DNA of 59,513 bases from an uncultured archaeon (GTDB taxonomy: Archaea; Asgardarchaeota; Lokiarchaeia; Sigyniarchaeales; SOKP01): NCBI GenBank assembly GCA_964388035.1, contig CAYLZE010000020.1:1-59513 (forward strand), read 5' to 3'. The notes under the pieces are model-generated. The model did no database searches, was not told the DNA's origin, and was given only the letters and a program-made list of their open reading frames with translations. This document shows, piece after piece, positions 46,945 through 57,007 of the stretch. Made by a program: the position numbers and the translations under genes. The stretch's first letter is position 1. Each line of letters begins with the position of its first letter.

Positions 46945-49900
46945 TTAGATCACAACTTCGATATGCTTATCTTCTATTCCTTCTTTTGTCCGTACCAGGA
47001 TTTCAATTTTATTACCTTGCACAAACGAGCCAGCATGTGACAAGGAGGTGGTTAACGTGGTTGTTCCTCCCGAACCTTCGATTGACTTTCCATTACTAAA
47101 GCTAAACAAATTTAAGGAAATCTGAGTTCCATTGATAAAAATCGAATCAATGGTTACTTCTAAAAGTCCGGAATTATCCACCCTGATTTTCAAATCTCCA
47201 CCTTGTTCTGCGGAAGTTTCAGAATCAACTATTTGAATATCATAATATCTCGTATCTACACTAGCTTTCATAGTGGTAGTATATGATGCCAAGGAGGAAA
47301 TAATACGAACATTAACATTATTAGATTCATTAATTTGTAATCCAGGAATCGCAAAATTGACAACAGCACATTCTTGAGGGTTTAAAGTTTCATCTCCATA
47401 ACTAAATTTGACATCTTTTGGAATTGATATCACTTGAGTATTGTTGAGAATAATTTGGTTTAATGTAATCGGTCTGTCTCCTGTATTTTTAATGACCAAG
47501 CTTCCCGTCTCATTAGCTCTAATGTGGGAGATAGTGATATTATTATATGCTTCTATAATCCTTACATTAGCTTGTTTTTTAATAACTTGAACATAGCCAA
47601 CATCTGAAGCAGTAGTATTTCCATCAAAACTTCCTGTTACTGTGACTTTTATTTTATCATTGATTTTAAAAACATTGCTCTCCGTAGACTCCATGATGAT
47701 GGTATTGGATTGTCCTGGCGTGAGTATGAAATCACCGTATATTTTAGTCCAAGCATCAGGATTTGTTAATATTATGGAATCGATACCAAATACGGTTTCA
47801 CCTGTATTACGCACTTTAATTTCAAGCTTTGTTTTCCCATTACCTTGCAGATAAGCACAGGTTGCGCTTTCATTGACTTGAATGGTGTCCCTTAAAGTAC
47901 TGTTCCCAATTGCAACGGCTTCGGGGGCAGTTATTCTCTCTTCATTCAAAATATTTAAATCATAGTTATGATAATCTGAAGATAATAATAATTCATCATT
48001 AATACCATTTAAAGTGGTAACTCCCAAGATATTTGATGTGCCTAAAGGAAAAAAGGATGCTGAAGCATTTGGCAAGTATACTAATGCCGCTTCACCCGAA
48101 GATAACACTTGAGATCCTTCCAAATACTCTATGTTACTAGAATTGAATCGATTATTTGCATCATTAGTATTCACGTAGAAGTCATTGAGGACTTCTATGG
48201 TACTTCCCGTATTTTCCACTTCAAGGTATGCATTAGCTAAATTTTCATTAACTTGCTCAATTCTACTATTTTGTTTATTAATATTTATTGATCCTGATTC
48301 GATATTTTCTACAAAAAAATCATCTGTCTGATTGGTAAAAGTATATTTCGTATTATCCAATGCATCCGCTTCAGCCGTCACGTTATAATAAACCGTATCT
48401 TCTAAATAAAATTCATTTGCCTCCGTTTGAACAAATATGGTAGCCTTTTTTCCAGGGGAAATTACTGTATTATTGTCTAGCTTGCTGGTTGTAAAATTAT
48501 GCATTTTACCATTAATTGAGACTTGGTTTATATCAATTTCACGGGTCCCCGTATTGTGCAAAACAAAGGTTCCATATCCGCTATTAAAGATCTTTGGATC
48601 TTCGATCGAGAAGCTGGAATCTAAAGCGGTATAGTCTATCTTATATATTTTAATCAACCCATTTCGCGAGAAATAAGCTGGCTTGAATACTTTAAAGTCA
48701 TATAAGCCATAACTTGGAATGTGAGAAGCATAAGTATTTCCATTATCATCCTTTTGAGTGTTAATGTAATTTGCATAGTATCCTGGTAAGGTATTTGTAC
48801 CACCAGTGACACTAGTATCGGTAGGTTCGCTATAAACCATCAATTTAAATAGCATGGAATCAAACCAACTATTTTCATATTTTCCCGAAGTACTATTAAT
48901 ATATTGACTCTCATCGAAAACGGAATTTTCCGCCCAATTAGGCTCTTCCCAACCTTTCTCTTTATAAAAATTATAATTATCATTGCAAATTTTTATCATC
49001 CATTGCCATTTTCCCTCATCTCCGGCAAATCCCGTGATGAAAAATCCAAAATAGACTAATACATAATCTGCATGCAATCTCTGGAACGCTTTTGCACTAT
49101 ATATCTCATTAGTTTGCATGAGTGCCATTCCAGTAAGACCTATTCTGGTTGCATTAAAAGTAGCATTGTCATTTACCGTGGTGACATTCCCAATCGGCGT
49201 GATCCAATATCCATAATCCCACCAACTATCCACAACATCCGTCGGAGCGAGATTATTTTCCATCCAAGTCAAACTTTCTTCCCAATCGTTGAATTGCCCA
49301 TTCACGACCATTTGGTTGTAGGATAACTGATTTATAGATAGATTTGTACCGTGAAGTACTTGGGCAAAAACTAAAAATCCAACAATTAGATACACGGTAA
49401 AGATTTCAGAATCGCCTAAAGATCGTTTTATTTGCCTTTTTCTTTTTCTACTAATGCCTAATTTTCTTTCTCCAAAAAGACTTCCATATATTCTTAATAC
49501 ATTAACTAAACCATAAGCACCCATAAGGGAAGCAGCTGGAGCGAACAAAAGAATGATTCTTATCATGCTCCCCGTTAAATAAAAGATGGTCAAGAGAAAA
49601 ATAATTAAAAATACATCCGAAGCTGTCCCTCGTTTAAAACAGAAAAAAATCCCTAAAGGTAAAATGATCATAGGGATTAATGTATTATAATAAAACACGC
49701 TCCATGCACTGGGAGCATGTTCCGCAACCGAAGCAACTAAACTTAATTGATCCCTAAGTAAAGGACTCAAGATGCTTTCCAATCGTGGCCCAAATCCTAA
49801 AGGAATTAACTCGGGTTTCACCCATACAATTATCGCAAAAGTCAAAACTACCGGTATTAATCCCCATTTTATGGCATTTAAAAATCCGTTATAAAACCGG

Positions 49901-50796
49901 GGATATTGATTTTTATAAAGATACAAGAAATGGTAAAAAATTAAAATGATCGTAAAAAAAAATACTCCTAAGAGTTTGATGTCATCAAATAATGTACCGT
50001 AATTATATAAGATAAAGAAAGAATTGACCAAGAATCCCATGCCCTCGACACCCGCATAGGCAATTAATACTTTTTCATTATATTTTTTAATTAATATGAT
50101 AATGAAGGTAATTAATGGAACAAGCAAATAAACGTAAGAATACCCCCCCCAACTTAATCCTAAATAGCCCAAGAATAGCCCTCCAATCATCGAATATGTT
50201 ATTCTTCCCGTATTGATAGCTTTTAAAAAGAAAAGAAAAGTCATTATGGTAGCAAATACACCTATTGTTTCATTATCAAAGAACCCCGCCATCGTCCTTT
50301 GCATGTGTCCGACATTAAAAGCTAGAAAAAAGGCAGCAAATAATCCACAACCTCGATTTAAGACCTCCTTACCTAAGAAATACATGGCTATGACAGTAAT
50401 GCCTCCCATTATGGCAGGGAAAAAATAGCATACGTCATAAATACTCACAGAAACCCCTAATAACTGTATGATCTTGTATATAGCAACCACGGTAAAAGTC
50501 AATCCCGGACGTAAATCACCCCTATCAACACCTTCGGGATACCAGCTCTTATAATCATGCCAATGAAAATATTCGAAGAGAGTATGCTCGGATAGGTATT
50601 TTACATTGTAATATTGAATCCACGGATCAAAAGCTTTTATCAAAAGGGGCCCCCTAAGAATCGGGGTAAGCCGGATCATTACCGCGAGAAAAAAGATTAG
50701 AAAAAGTGCCAAGAAGAGCAAAATATTTTGTTTTTTGACGTTCAATTTTGCTCTTATTATGTCGCTTAAATTTCTTAGGCTCTCGGTAATCGTCAT
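46945..50796 (-). CDS. aglB: Oligosaccharyltransferase AglB/STT3 with long C-terminal Ig-like repeat extension
   Basis: FDPW, GFFDNE, SVAEH, WWDYG, DNAT, DEGKWQWM motifs. Confidence 0.93.
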   Translation of the reverse strand: MTITESLRNLSDIIRAKLNVKKQNILLFLALFLIFFLAVMIRLTPILRGPLLIKAFDPWIQYYNVKYLSEHTLFEYFHWHDYKSWYPEGVDRGDLRPGLTFTVVAIYKIIQLLGVSVSIYDVCYFFPAIMGGITVIAMYFLGKEVLNRGCGLFAAFFLAFNVGHMQRTMAGFFDNETIGVFATIMTFLFFLKAINTGRITYSMIGGLFLGYLGLSWGGYSYVYLLVPLITFIIILIKKYNEKVLIAYAGVEGMGFLVNSFFILYNYGTLFDDIKLLGVFFFTIILIFYHFLYLYKNQYPRFYNGFLNAIKWGLIPVVLTFAIIVWVKPELIPLGFGPRLESILSPLLRDQLSLVASVAEHAPSAWSVFYYNTLIPMIILPLGIFFCFKRGTASDVFLIIFLLTIFYLTGSMIRIILLFAPAASLMGAYGLVNVLRIYGSLFGERKLGISRKRKRQIKRSLGDSEIFTVYLIVGFLVFAQVLHGTNLSINQLSYNQMVVNGQFNDWEESLTWMENNLAPTDVVDSWWDYGYWITPIGNVTTVNDNATFNATRIGLTGMALMQTNEIYSAKAFQRLHADYVLVYFGFFITGFAGDEGKWQWMIKICNDNYNFYKEKGWEEPNWAENSVFDESQYINSTSGKYENSWFDSMLFKLMVYSEPTDTSVTGGTNTLPGYYANYINTQKDDNGNTYASHIPSYGLYDFKVFKPAYFSRNGLIKIYKIDYTALDSSFSIEDPKIFNSGYGTFVLHNTGTREIDINQVSINGKMHNFTTSKLDNNTVISPGKKATIFVQTEANEFYLEDTVYYNVTAEADALDNTKYTFTNQTDDFFVENIESGSININKQNSRIEQVNENLANAYLEVENTGSTIEVLNDFYVNTNDANNRFNSSNIEYLEGSQVLSSGEAALVYLPNASASFFPLGTSNILGVTTLNGINDELLLSSDYHNYDLNILNEERITAPEAVAIGNSTLRDTIQVNESATCAYLQGNGKTKLEIKVRNTGETVFGIDSIILTNPDAWTKIYGDFILTPGQSNTIIMESTESNVFKINDKIKVTVTGSFDGNTTASDVGYVQVIKKQANVRIIEAYNNITISHIRANETGSLVIKNTGDRPITLNQIILNNTQVISIPKDVKFSYGDETLNPQECAVVNFAIPGLQINESNNVNVRIISSLASYTTTMKASVDTRYYDIQIVDSETSAEQGGDLKIRVDNSGLLEVTIDSIFINGTQISLNLFSFSNGKSIEGSGGTTTLTTSLSHAGSFVQGNKIEILVRTKEGIEDKHIEVVI

Positions 50797-50992
50797 AGTT
50801 TAAAAAATAATTAAACAAGAAGTAAATTAATCTGCGTTGATAACCTATTAAAAATTACTTTTCTTTAAAATCTTTTGATAGAATCTCGATTCTTTGTAAG
50901 AAAGAGTTCTAAATATACTATTGAGATTAAAAACCATTGAGTGAGTCACTTTCCATAATTCACATATAGAATGAATTGTTAACCTAATAAGA

Positions 50993-51838
50993 GTGATGGA
51001 AAATAAGAAATATTTAATAAAATATTATTATATTGGAGAAGAACAATTTTTTGGTTCTCAACGGCAAAAGAGCTTATTGACTATCGATGATTGTATTATT
51101 AATGCTTTGATAGAGAAAAAGTACCTCATTAACGTGAAGCAATCTAATTTTGAAATTGCAAGTAGAACCGATAAACATGTTTCAGCACGGGGCTCTTGCC
51201 TTTCGTTCATTACTAATAAGAAGCCAATTCTGATGGAGATTAATACTGCTTTACCCCCAAGTATTGGCATGTATGGATTAACAGAAGTCCCATTAAACTT
51301 TTCGGCTCGGTTTAGTGCTCTCTCACGCCATTATAAATACATTCTTCCGATTCCAATTATTAATCAAGGCGAAAAAGGAAGCTTGGATCTTGCAATTATG
51401 AACAAAGCTTGTAAGGAATTGGAAGGGCAACATGATTTTTCCAATTTTTCAAAAAAGGGGAAAAAGGAAGTAAAAACCGTTCGAGATTTAGATTTCAGCC
51501 AAACTAATATAGTGGATGAGTTTTTAATTTTTGATTTTAAGAGCAAATCATTCTTGAGACAACAAGTCAGGCGCATGGTAAAAAAGATTTTAGAATTGGG
51601 ACAAGGGAAAATTAACCATGATGAATTTCTGAAATTATTCGATACTAAATTAGCTATTTCATATCAACCAGCAGATGCACATGGATTAATTTTATGGGAT
51701 ATAAAATACGATGATAATGTAAAATTAGAATGGGATGTTAAATCAATAGAGAGAAGAAATAATTTTTTTCAAGAAAAATATAGTTTCTATAAACATCAAG
51801 CGTTAATTTTCCGCTTCTTGCAGCAAAACGATCCGTGA
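50993..51838 (+). CDS. truA: tRNA pseudouridine(38-40) synthase
   Basis: FGSQRQ, ASRTDKHVSA, FSARF, GQHDFSNF, FLRQQVRRMV. Confidence 0.92.
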   Translation: MMENKKYLIKYYYIGEEQFFGSQRQKSLLTIDDCIINALIEKKYLINVKQSNFEIASRTDKHVSARGSCLSFITNKKPILMEINTALPPSIGMYGLTEVPLNFSARFSALSRHYKYILPIPIINQGEKGSLDLAIMNKACKELEGQHDFSNFSKKGKKEVKTVRDLDFSQTNIVDEFLIFDFKSKSFLRQQVRRMVKKILELGQGKINHDEFLKLFDTKLAISYQPADAHGLILWDIKYDDNVKLEWDVKSIERRNNFFQEKYSFYKHQALIFRFLQQNDP

Positions 51839-52777
51839 TAATAATGCTTGCAGTTGGATCTCTTCTGTAGCCCCTTGACTTAATCTATATTCAAATTCCG
51901 CCAATATTTTTAACAATTCTAATTTCTGTTTTTCAGGGATTTCCAAATCATAAATTTCTCTATGCAGATTCTTGATAATGCTTTGTCCGGAAAGACCATA
52001 CTCCTTTATTAAATCTTCAAGCAGTTTAATGGAAAAAGAAAGTTGCCCTTGTAAGGTAGTCTCCAATATTTCTTTAATTTTATCCGGAGGTACTTCTCCT
52101 GCTACCCTAAACACGATTTCAGGATCTATTTTTTTCGAAGTAGAAACGGTTGCACAAGATTGTAAATAATTAATAGCCCGTCTACAATCTCCGCCCGACA
52201 CGTTTACTAACGCATTTAATCCCTCATCAGAAATTGGAACTTTTTCCTGGTGCGCTACGAATTTAATTCTCTCCTTAATATCCTCTTTATTTAGAAAAGA
52301 AAACCTAAACACCACGCATCTTGATTGAATAGGAGGGATGATCTTATTGGAGTAATTGCATATTAAAATCATTCTACAGTTTTTGGTGTATTTTTCCATC
52401 GTTCTTCTTAAGGCTTGTTGAGCGGGAGCTGTCATATTATCAGCTTCATCCAGAATTAAGATCTTAAAGGGAATTTCGTAAGGTGGCTTGGATTTGGCAA
52501 AATCTTTGATAATAGTTCTTATTACATCAATTCCACGGGCGTCACTCGCATTTAATTCAATGTAGGTGTTATTGGGGCTCAAGTTTTTCCCATATAATTC
52601 TCTTACCATTGCTAATGCAGAAGTGGTTTTTCCAGTTCCTGCGGGCCCGCTAAAAATTAAGTGAGGCATCGAGTGATCTTTAATAAATTGCTTTAATCTC
52701 TTTATAATTCCTCGCTGATTTACTACGTCATCCAATACGCGCGGACGGTACTTTTCTACCCATGGATTTGCTGACAC
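51803..52777 (-). CDS. rfcS: Replication factor C small subunit
   Basis: PWVEKYRP, GPAGTGKT, ELNASDARG, LDEAD, IQSRC; 36-nt convergent overlap with truA. Confidence 0.96.
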   Translation of the reverse strand: MSANPWVEKYRPRVLDDVVNQRGIIKRLKQFIKDHSMPHLIFSGPAGTGKTTSALAMVRELYGKNLSPNNTYIELNASDARGIDVIRTIIKDFAKSKPPYEIPFKILILDEADNMTAPAQQALRRTMEKYTKNCRMILICNYSNKIIPPIQSRCVVFRFSFLNKEDIKERIKFVAHQEKVPISDEGLNALVNVSGGDCRRAINYLQSCATVSTSKKIDPEIVFRVAGEVPPDKIKEILETTLQGQLSFSIKLLEDLIKEYGLSGQSIIKNLHREIYDLEIPEKQKLELLKILAEFEYRLSQGATEEIQLQALLSRIVLLQEAEN

Positions 52778-52959
52778 AGAATGACACCTTTTATATATTA
52801 TTTAAATAAGCCTTGCTATATAACTTTTTATGACCATTAAAATAAGAGTCATTTTAAAATTTATTTTTTCTAGAGCTTGATAATAAAGATTAAAGAAAAC
52901 AATTAAGAATTATGAAAGGATTTTTATGCATATTAAGAAGTATTAAAATAAGTTTAAAA

Positions 52960-52965
52960 AGGTGA
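52960..52965 (+). promoter_or_regulatory. Shine-Dalgarno AGGTGA of eno
   Basis: 10 nt upstream of ATG at 52976. Confidence 0.55.
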
Positions 52966-52975
52966 AATTTATCAA

Positions 52976-54277
52976 ATGGAATTTCAAATAACCAAAGTTA
53001 AATCGCGATGGATCTTAGATTCACGAGGAAATCCGACGGTAGAAACGGATGTGTATTCGAACCAGATAATGGGCAGGGCAGCGGTTCCCTCGGGAGCTTC
53101 TACAGGAGAATTGGAAGCATTGGAGTTGAGGGACGGAGGAAATGCCTTCATGGGCAAACACGTTACTAAAGCGGTTGCAAATGTTAATGATGTTATTTCT
53201 AAAGCAGTAGTAGGATTAGATCCTAGAAATCAAAAAGAAGTAGATGAGAAGATGATTATACTTGATGGAACAGAAAATAAGAGCAAGTTAGGCGCAAATG
53301 CTATTTTATCTGTTTCTTTAGCGGTAGCAAAGCTTGCTGCAAAATTATCAGAGCAACCCTTATTTCAATATCTTTATGAATTGGTCTATCAAAAGTCCCG
53401 TAAGGATTATCTATTACCCCTTACTTGTTCCAATATTCTTAATGGAGGAGAACATGCGGGCAATAGTCTTGCGATACAGGAATTCCTGATTCTCCCCGTG
53501 GGAGCAAAAAACTATTCAGAAGCACTTACGATGGTTGTAGAAGTGTATCAAACTCTCAAGCAATTATTAATAAAAAAATATGGAAAGCCGTCTGTAAATG
53601 TGGGAGATGAGGGAGGGTTTGCTCCTAATTTGGCACATACTAGGGATGCATTAGATGTTATCTTAGAAGCAATTGAAGCAAGAGGTTTTCTGGAAGGAAC
53701 AGATTTTGTACTTGGCATGGATGCGGCTGCAAGCGAATTCTACAAGGGTGAATTATACCAGATAGATGGCAGAGAGTTGAGTGAAGAAGATTTATTACAA
53801 TACTACCTCGATTTAATCCATGATTATCCCCTGAAATCAATTGAAGATCCTTTTGATGAGGAATCATTTCGAGGTTATTCTAATTTGACATCTAAATTAG
53901 ATAAAACTTTTCAAATCGTGTGCGATGATATAACAGTGACCAACATTAAATTGTTAAAAAAAGTAATTGAGCAAAAAGCGGGAAATACCTTATTATTAAA
54001 GGTAAACCAAATTGGTTCTTTGACGGAAGCGATCGATGCCGCTAAAATGGCATTTAAAAATGGATTTAATGTCATGGTATCCCATCGCTCAGGAGAAACG
54101 GAAGATACGTTTATCGCAGATTTAGCAGTTGGATTGTGTACGGGACAAATTAAAACGGGAGCACCTGCTAGAAGTGATAGGACAAGTAAGTATAATCAAC
54201 TCCTTAGAATTCAAGAAATACTAGGAGATCACGCGCAATATCCTGATAATTTTGCGTCATGGAGGAATTATCAATAA
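52976..54277 (+). CDS. eno: Enolase
   Basis: DSRGNPTVE, PSGASTG, GDEGGFAP, LKVNQIG, SHRSGETED. Confidence 0.97.
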   Translation: MEFQITKVKSRWILDSRGNPTVETDVYSNQIMGRAAVPSGASTGELEALELRDGGNAFMGKHVTKAVANVNDVISKAVVGLDPRNQKEVDEKMIILDGTENKSKLGANAILSVSLAVAKLAAKLSEQPLFQYLYELVYQKSRKDYLLPLTCSNILNGGEHAGNSLAIQEFLILPVGAKNYSEALTMVVEVYQTLKQLLIKKYGKPSVNVGDEGGFAPNLAHTRDALDVILEAIEARGFLEGTDFVLGMDAAASEFYKGELYQIDGRELSEEDLLQYYLDLIHDYPLKSIEDPFDEESFRGYSNLTSKLDKTFQIVCDDITVTNIKLLKKVIEQKAGNTLLLKVNQIGSLTEAIDAAKMAFKNGFNVMVSHRSGETEDTFIADLAVGLCTGQIKTGAPARSDRTSKYNQLLRIQEILGDHAQYPDNFASWRNYQ

Positions 54278-54303
54278 ATAATCAATTTTCTCCTTTCATC
54301 AAT

Positions 54304-54942
54304 TTATTGTCTTATAAAACGATAGACATCAACCATTACTTTTTTGGATTTTAATTGGTGAAATTCATATAAATGTTCAATTAGTAGGACATAAGGAAAA
54401 GAATAGTCTATTTTCCATCCAAATTTTGAAACAAAGTGCTTGATAAATTTTTGATTTTCGTTACCCGAAAGATGTAAGGAATAAACTACATTTGAAAATG
54501 AAAAAGCACGCTCCAGAAAAACTCTGTCTGCTCGTCGAGTTTGAACTCCAAATGGAGGATTCATGATTGTCGTGATAGGAAAGAGATCACGTTTTTCTTG
54601 AAACCAAATCGGCAGATATTCCAAATCCGCACATATGGGATGGATGGGTGAGGTAAGGTCTAGCTTTTTGACGTTTTTAATTAGGATTCGTAGAGCTGCT
54701 TTATCTATATCCACGCTAATAATACATTTTGGGTTTAAAAAGGCACTAGCCAAAGTTAATCTTCCGGTACCCGCTCCAAAATCAACTAAAATTTTATCTT
54801 CTATATCATCAAATTCTACTCCTGCAAAGTATGCTATGTCTACTGCACTAACTGCATCCGTGCAATATTGCTCCAATGCTACATCAGGATCTATAAAACA
54901 ATCGGTATCTTGTATGAGTGTAATTAAGTCTTTTTTTTTCAT
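54304..54942 (-). CDS. METTL5-like rRNA N6-adenine methyltransferase
   Basis: LEQY.T, DFGAGTG, MNPPFG, YSLH. Confidence 0.88.
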   Translation of the reverse strand: MKKKDLITLIQDTDCFIDPDVALEQYCTDAVSAVDIAYFAGVEFDDIEDKILVDFGAGTGRLTLASAFLNPKCIISVDIDKAALRILIKNVKKLDLTSPIHPICADLEYLPIWFQEKRDLFPITTIMNPPFGVQTRRADRVFLERAFSFSNVVYSLHLSGNENQKFIKHFVSKFGWKIDYSFPYVLLIEHLYEFHQLKSKKVMVDVYRFIRQ

Positions 54943-55022
54943 CTTTCATCCAAAAATTTATTTACCTTGAAGGATATACCTTCAATAAGATAGCGAGAGA
55001 ATAAAAACTTGTGTGCGTTCAA

Positions 55023-55622
55023 GTGGCAGAAAAAGAAAAAGCTAAAAGCGATATAGTTATTACTGGAGATAAACTGGGAGTGGTAGAAGAATTCCTCCCG
55101 GATAAGTATTCTACCTATATTAAAAATGGAGAAATCCATGCTTCTAAAGCAGGATTAGTCCATTTAGATAAGCAAAAATGTGAAATCGAAGTAAGAACCC
55201 ATCAAGAAGAACAAAGAAAGACTGTAAGAGAAGGAGATACCGTTTTTGGAACGGTAGCATTTCTGAGAAAATATTCTATCGGCGTGCTGTTTTACAGTAT
55301 CAATGGGAAATTACTTCTTAATTCTACTTATATGGGAAATATCCACGTATCTCAAATCTCCAGAAAGTATGTTGAGAATATTATAGAAGCATTTCAACTA
55401 ACCGACATTATTCGAGCAAAAGTAATTTCCCAAGACGGTACCGAATATTCCTTGAGTACGGTGGGAAAAGAGTTAGGAGTTGTCCATGCGGATTGCACTA
55501 TCTGTGGGCACCCATTAGATAAAATCGATTATGATAAGTTAAGATGCTCACGATGCGGTCATGTAGAAACACGAAAACTTGCTGACGATTATCGAAATGT
55601 CGGTCATGCATTACGTTTTTAA
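55023..55622 (+). CDS. csl4: Exosome RNA-binding subunit Csl4
   Basis: GDKLGVVEEF, IHVSQIS, DIIRAKV, LGVV.A.C..C...C..CG..E.RK; GTG at 55023 preferred over 55011. Confidence 0.92.
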   Translation: MAEKEKAKSDIVITGDKLGVVEEFLPDKYSTYIKNGEIHASKAGLVHLDKQKCEIEVRTHQEEQRKTVREGDTVFGTVAFLRKYSIGVLFYSINGKLLLNSTYMGNIHVSQISRKYVENIIEAFQLTDIIRAKVISQDGTEYSLSTVGKELGVVHADCTICGHPLDKIDYDKLRCSRCGHVETRKLADDYRNVGHALRF

Positions 55623-55680
55623 TTTAATTCTATTTTTTCTTTTTAGATCAAAGGAAAGGTTAGGAAAGGAAGTAAATTAA

Positions 55681-55914
55681 ATGAAAAAGTCAACGGGGAA
55701 AAAAAAGATAACCTTTTACAATTATAGTCGTTCTTTAGATAATGTTATTCAATTTTTAGAGGCTATTCAAAAAAAAATTAATTTCCTCGACCTTTATGTT
55801 ATTGTTGAAGGACCCGAAATTAAAATCACAATACGAGGGTCTCGAGATTTGCAATATTTAGCAACCCAAAAATTAAAAGAACTAGCAGAACAATTCTTAA
55901 AAGAATCTCTCTAA
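55681..55914 (+). CDS. Small hypothetical protein (position and pattern suggest DUF2067 N-terminal-like)
   Basis: 77-aa ORF between csl4 and rpoL with purine-rich upstream sequence. Confidence 0.6.
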   Translation: MKKSTGKKKITFYNYSRSLDNVIQFLEAIQKKINFLDLYVIVEGPEIKITIRGSRDLQYLATQKLKELAEQFLKESL

Positions 55915-55995
55915 CCTTATATTACTAACCATACCAAAAAAATTTTATTCTACACTTAATTATTATACTTAATTCCAAAATTATGCTAATGTACC

Positions 55996-56493
55996 ATGGC
56001 AAAAAAAAAGAAAGAAGAAGAGGAAGAAGAAGAGGAAGAAGAAGAAGCTTTTGAAAGCGATCCCATTGAAAGCGTGTATCCTAGTATAAAAAAAGCTGAT
56101 TCTGTAGATCAAGAAGAAAGTGTTTCTGCAAAAGATAAATCAACGGAAGAGTTTGAGGAAGAAGTTGGAGAAGAGTTTGAAGAAGAAGAGGAAGAGATTA
56201 AAAAACCTACTTATAAATACTTGGATCTTAGCATTATAAGGTACCCGGGTGAAAATAACTACGAATTAACAATTGAAGGACAATCTCATGGATTCTGTAA
56301 TCTTTTAGTCAAACATCTTTTAACCATTGAAGGAGTCAAATCCGCAGCTTATAAAACTACTGGGATAGAGCCCTCCAAGGTTTTCATACAACTTGACGGA
56401 GACCACGACGTGAAGTCAATTCTCCAAAAGAGTATCGAAGCTCTGCGAGAAGAGCTCGTCGAAGTCGAGGAACTTTTTCAAGAAATAATGTAA
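55996..56493 (+). CDS. rpoL: RNA polymerase subunit Rpo11/L with long acidic N-terminal extension
   Basis: LTIEGQSHGFCNLL...L....GV..AAY; context downstream of csl4. Confidence 0.82.
   Translation: MAKKKKEEEEEEEEEEEAFESDPIESVYPSIKKADSVDQEESVSAKDKSTEEFEEEVGEEFEEEEEEIKKPTYKYLDLSIIRYPGENNYELTIEGQSHGFCNLLVKHLLTIEGVKSAAYKTTGIEPSKVFIQLDGDHDVKSILQKSIEALREELVEVEELFQEIM
56014..56046 (+). repeat. GAA/GAG trinucleotide tract encoding poly-Glu(11)
   Basis: Read directly from the sequence. Confidence 0.85.
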
Positions 56494-56548
56494 CCTATAT
56501 TATTCTATTTTTAATTACTTATAGTAAAATTCTTCCCACACTTTCCCA

Positions 56549-56995
56549 ATGCCTTTTAAAATTTTACTAAGAGATGTTAAGGAGTCCCAAAAATCAATCG
56601 GAACGGATAAGGGGCTGGCGAAGATAGGAGATCCTGTTGTAAATCTCGCCTATTCCATCGCAAAATCCCTTAAATTATCCCAAGACAGTTCAAATAATCG
56701 TGTTTACCGTACTGGAAACAAGGTCAGCAAGGAAGTATTATCAAGCGCCTTAAAATTGGCATTGATGAGAAATTTTGCCAAGACTCGTGCTGATTCGCAT
56801 GACATGGCGGATAGCGTGGAAGCTATTATTGCGTATGCTTGGTTAAAAGATATAATAACCATCGATCAAATGATTTCATTTCTGGCAGAGAATTTACAAG
56901 GAAATTTAAAGGACAGAAAAGAAGAAATCAATGCAGCAATTATCGCTTTCAAGAATTTATTATTACATGTTAAAAAAAGTCTACCAATAAATTAA
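56549..56995 (+). CDS. Archaeal ribonuclease III-like (Mini-III type) protein
   Basis: DKGLAKIGDPVVNLAYS and ADSVEAIIAYAWL signature. Confidence 0.85.
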   Translation: MPFKILLRDVKESQKSIGTDKGLAKIGDPVVNLAYSIAKSLKLSQDSSNNRVYRTGNKVSKEVLSSALKLALMRNFAKTRADSHDMADSVEAIIAYAWLKDIITIDQMISFLAENLQGNLKDRKEEINAAIIAFKNLLLHVKKSLPIN

Positions 56996-57007
56996 AAAGG
57001 GTTTTTA

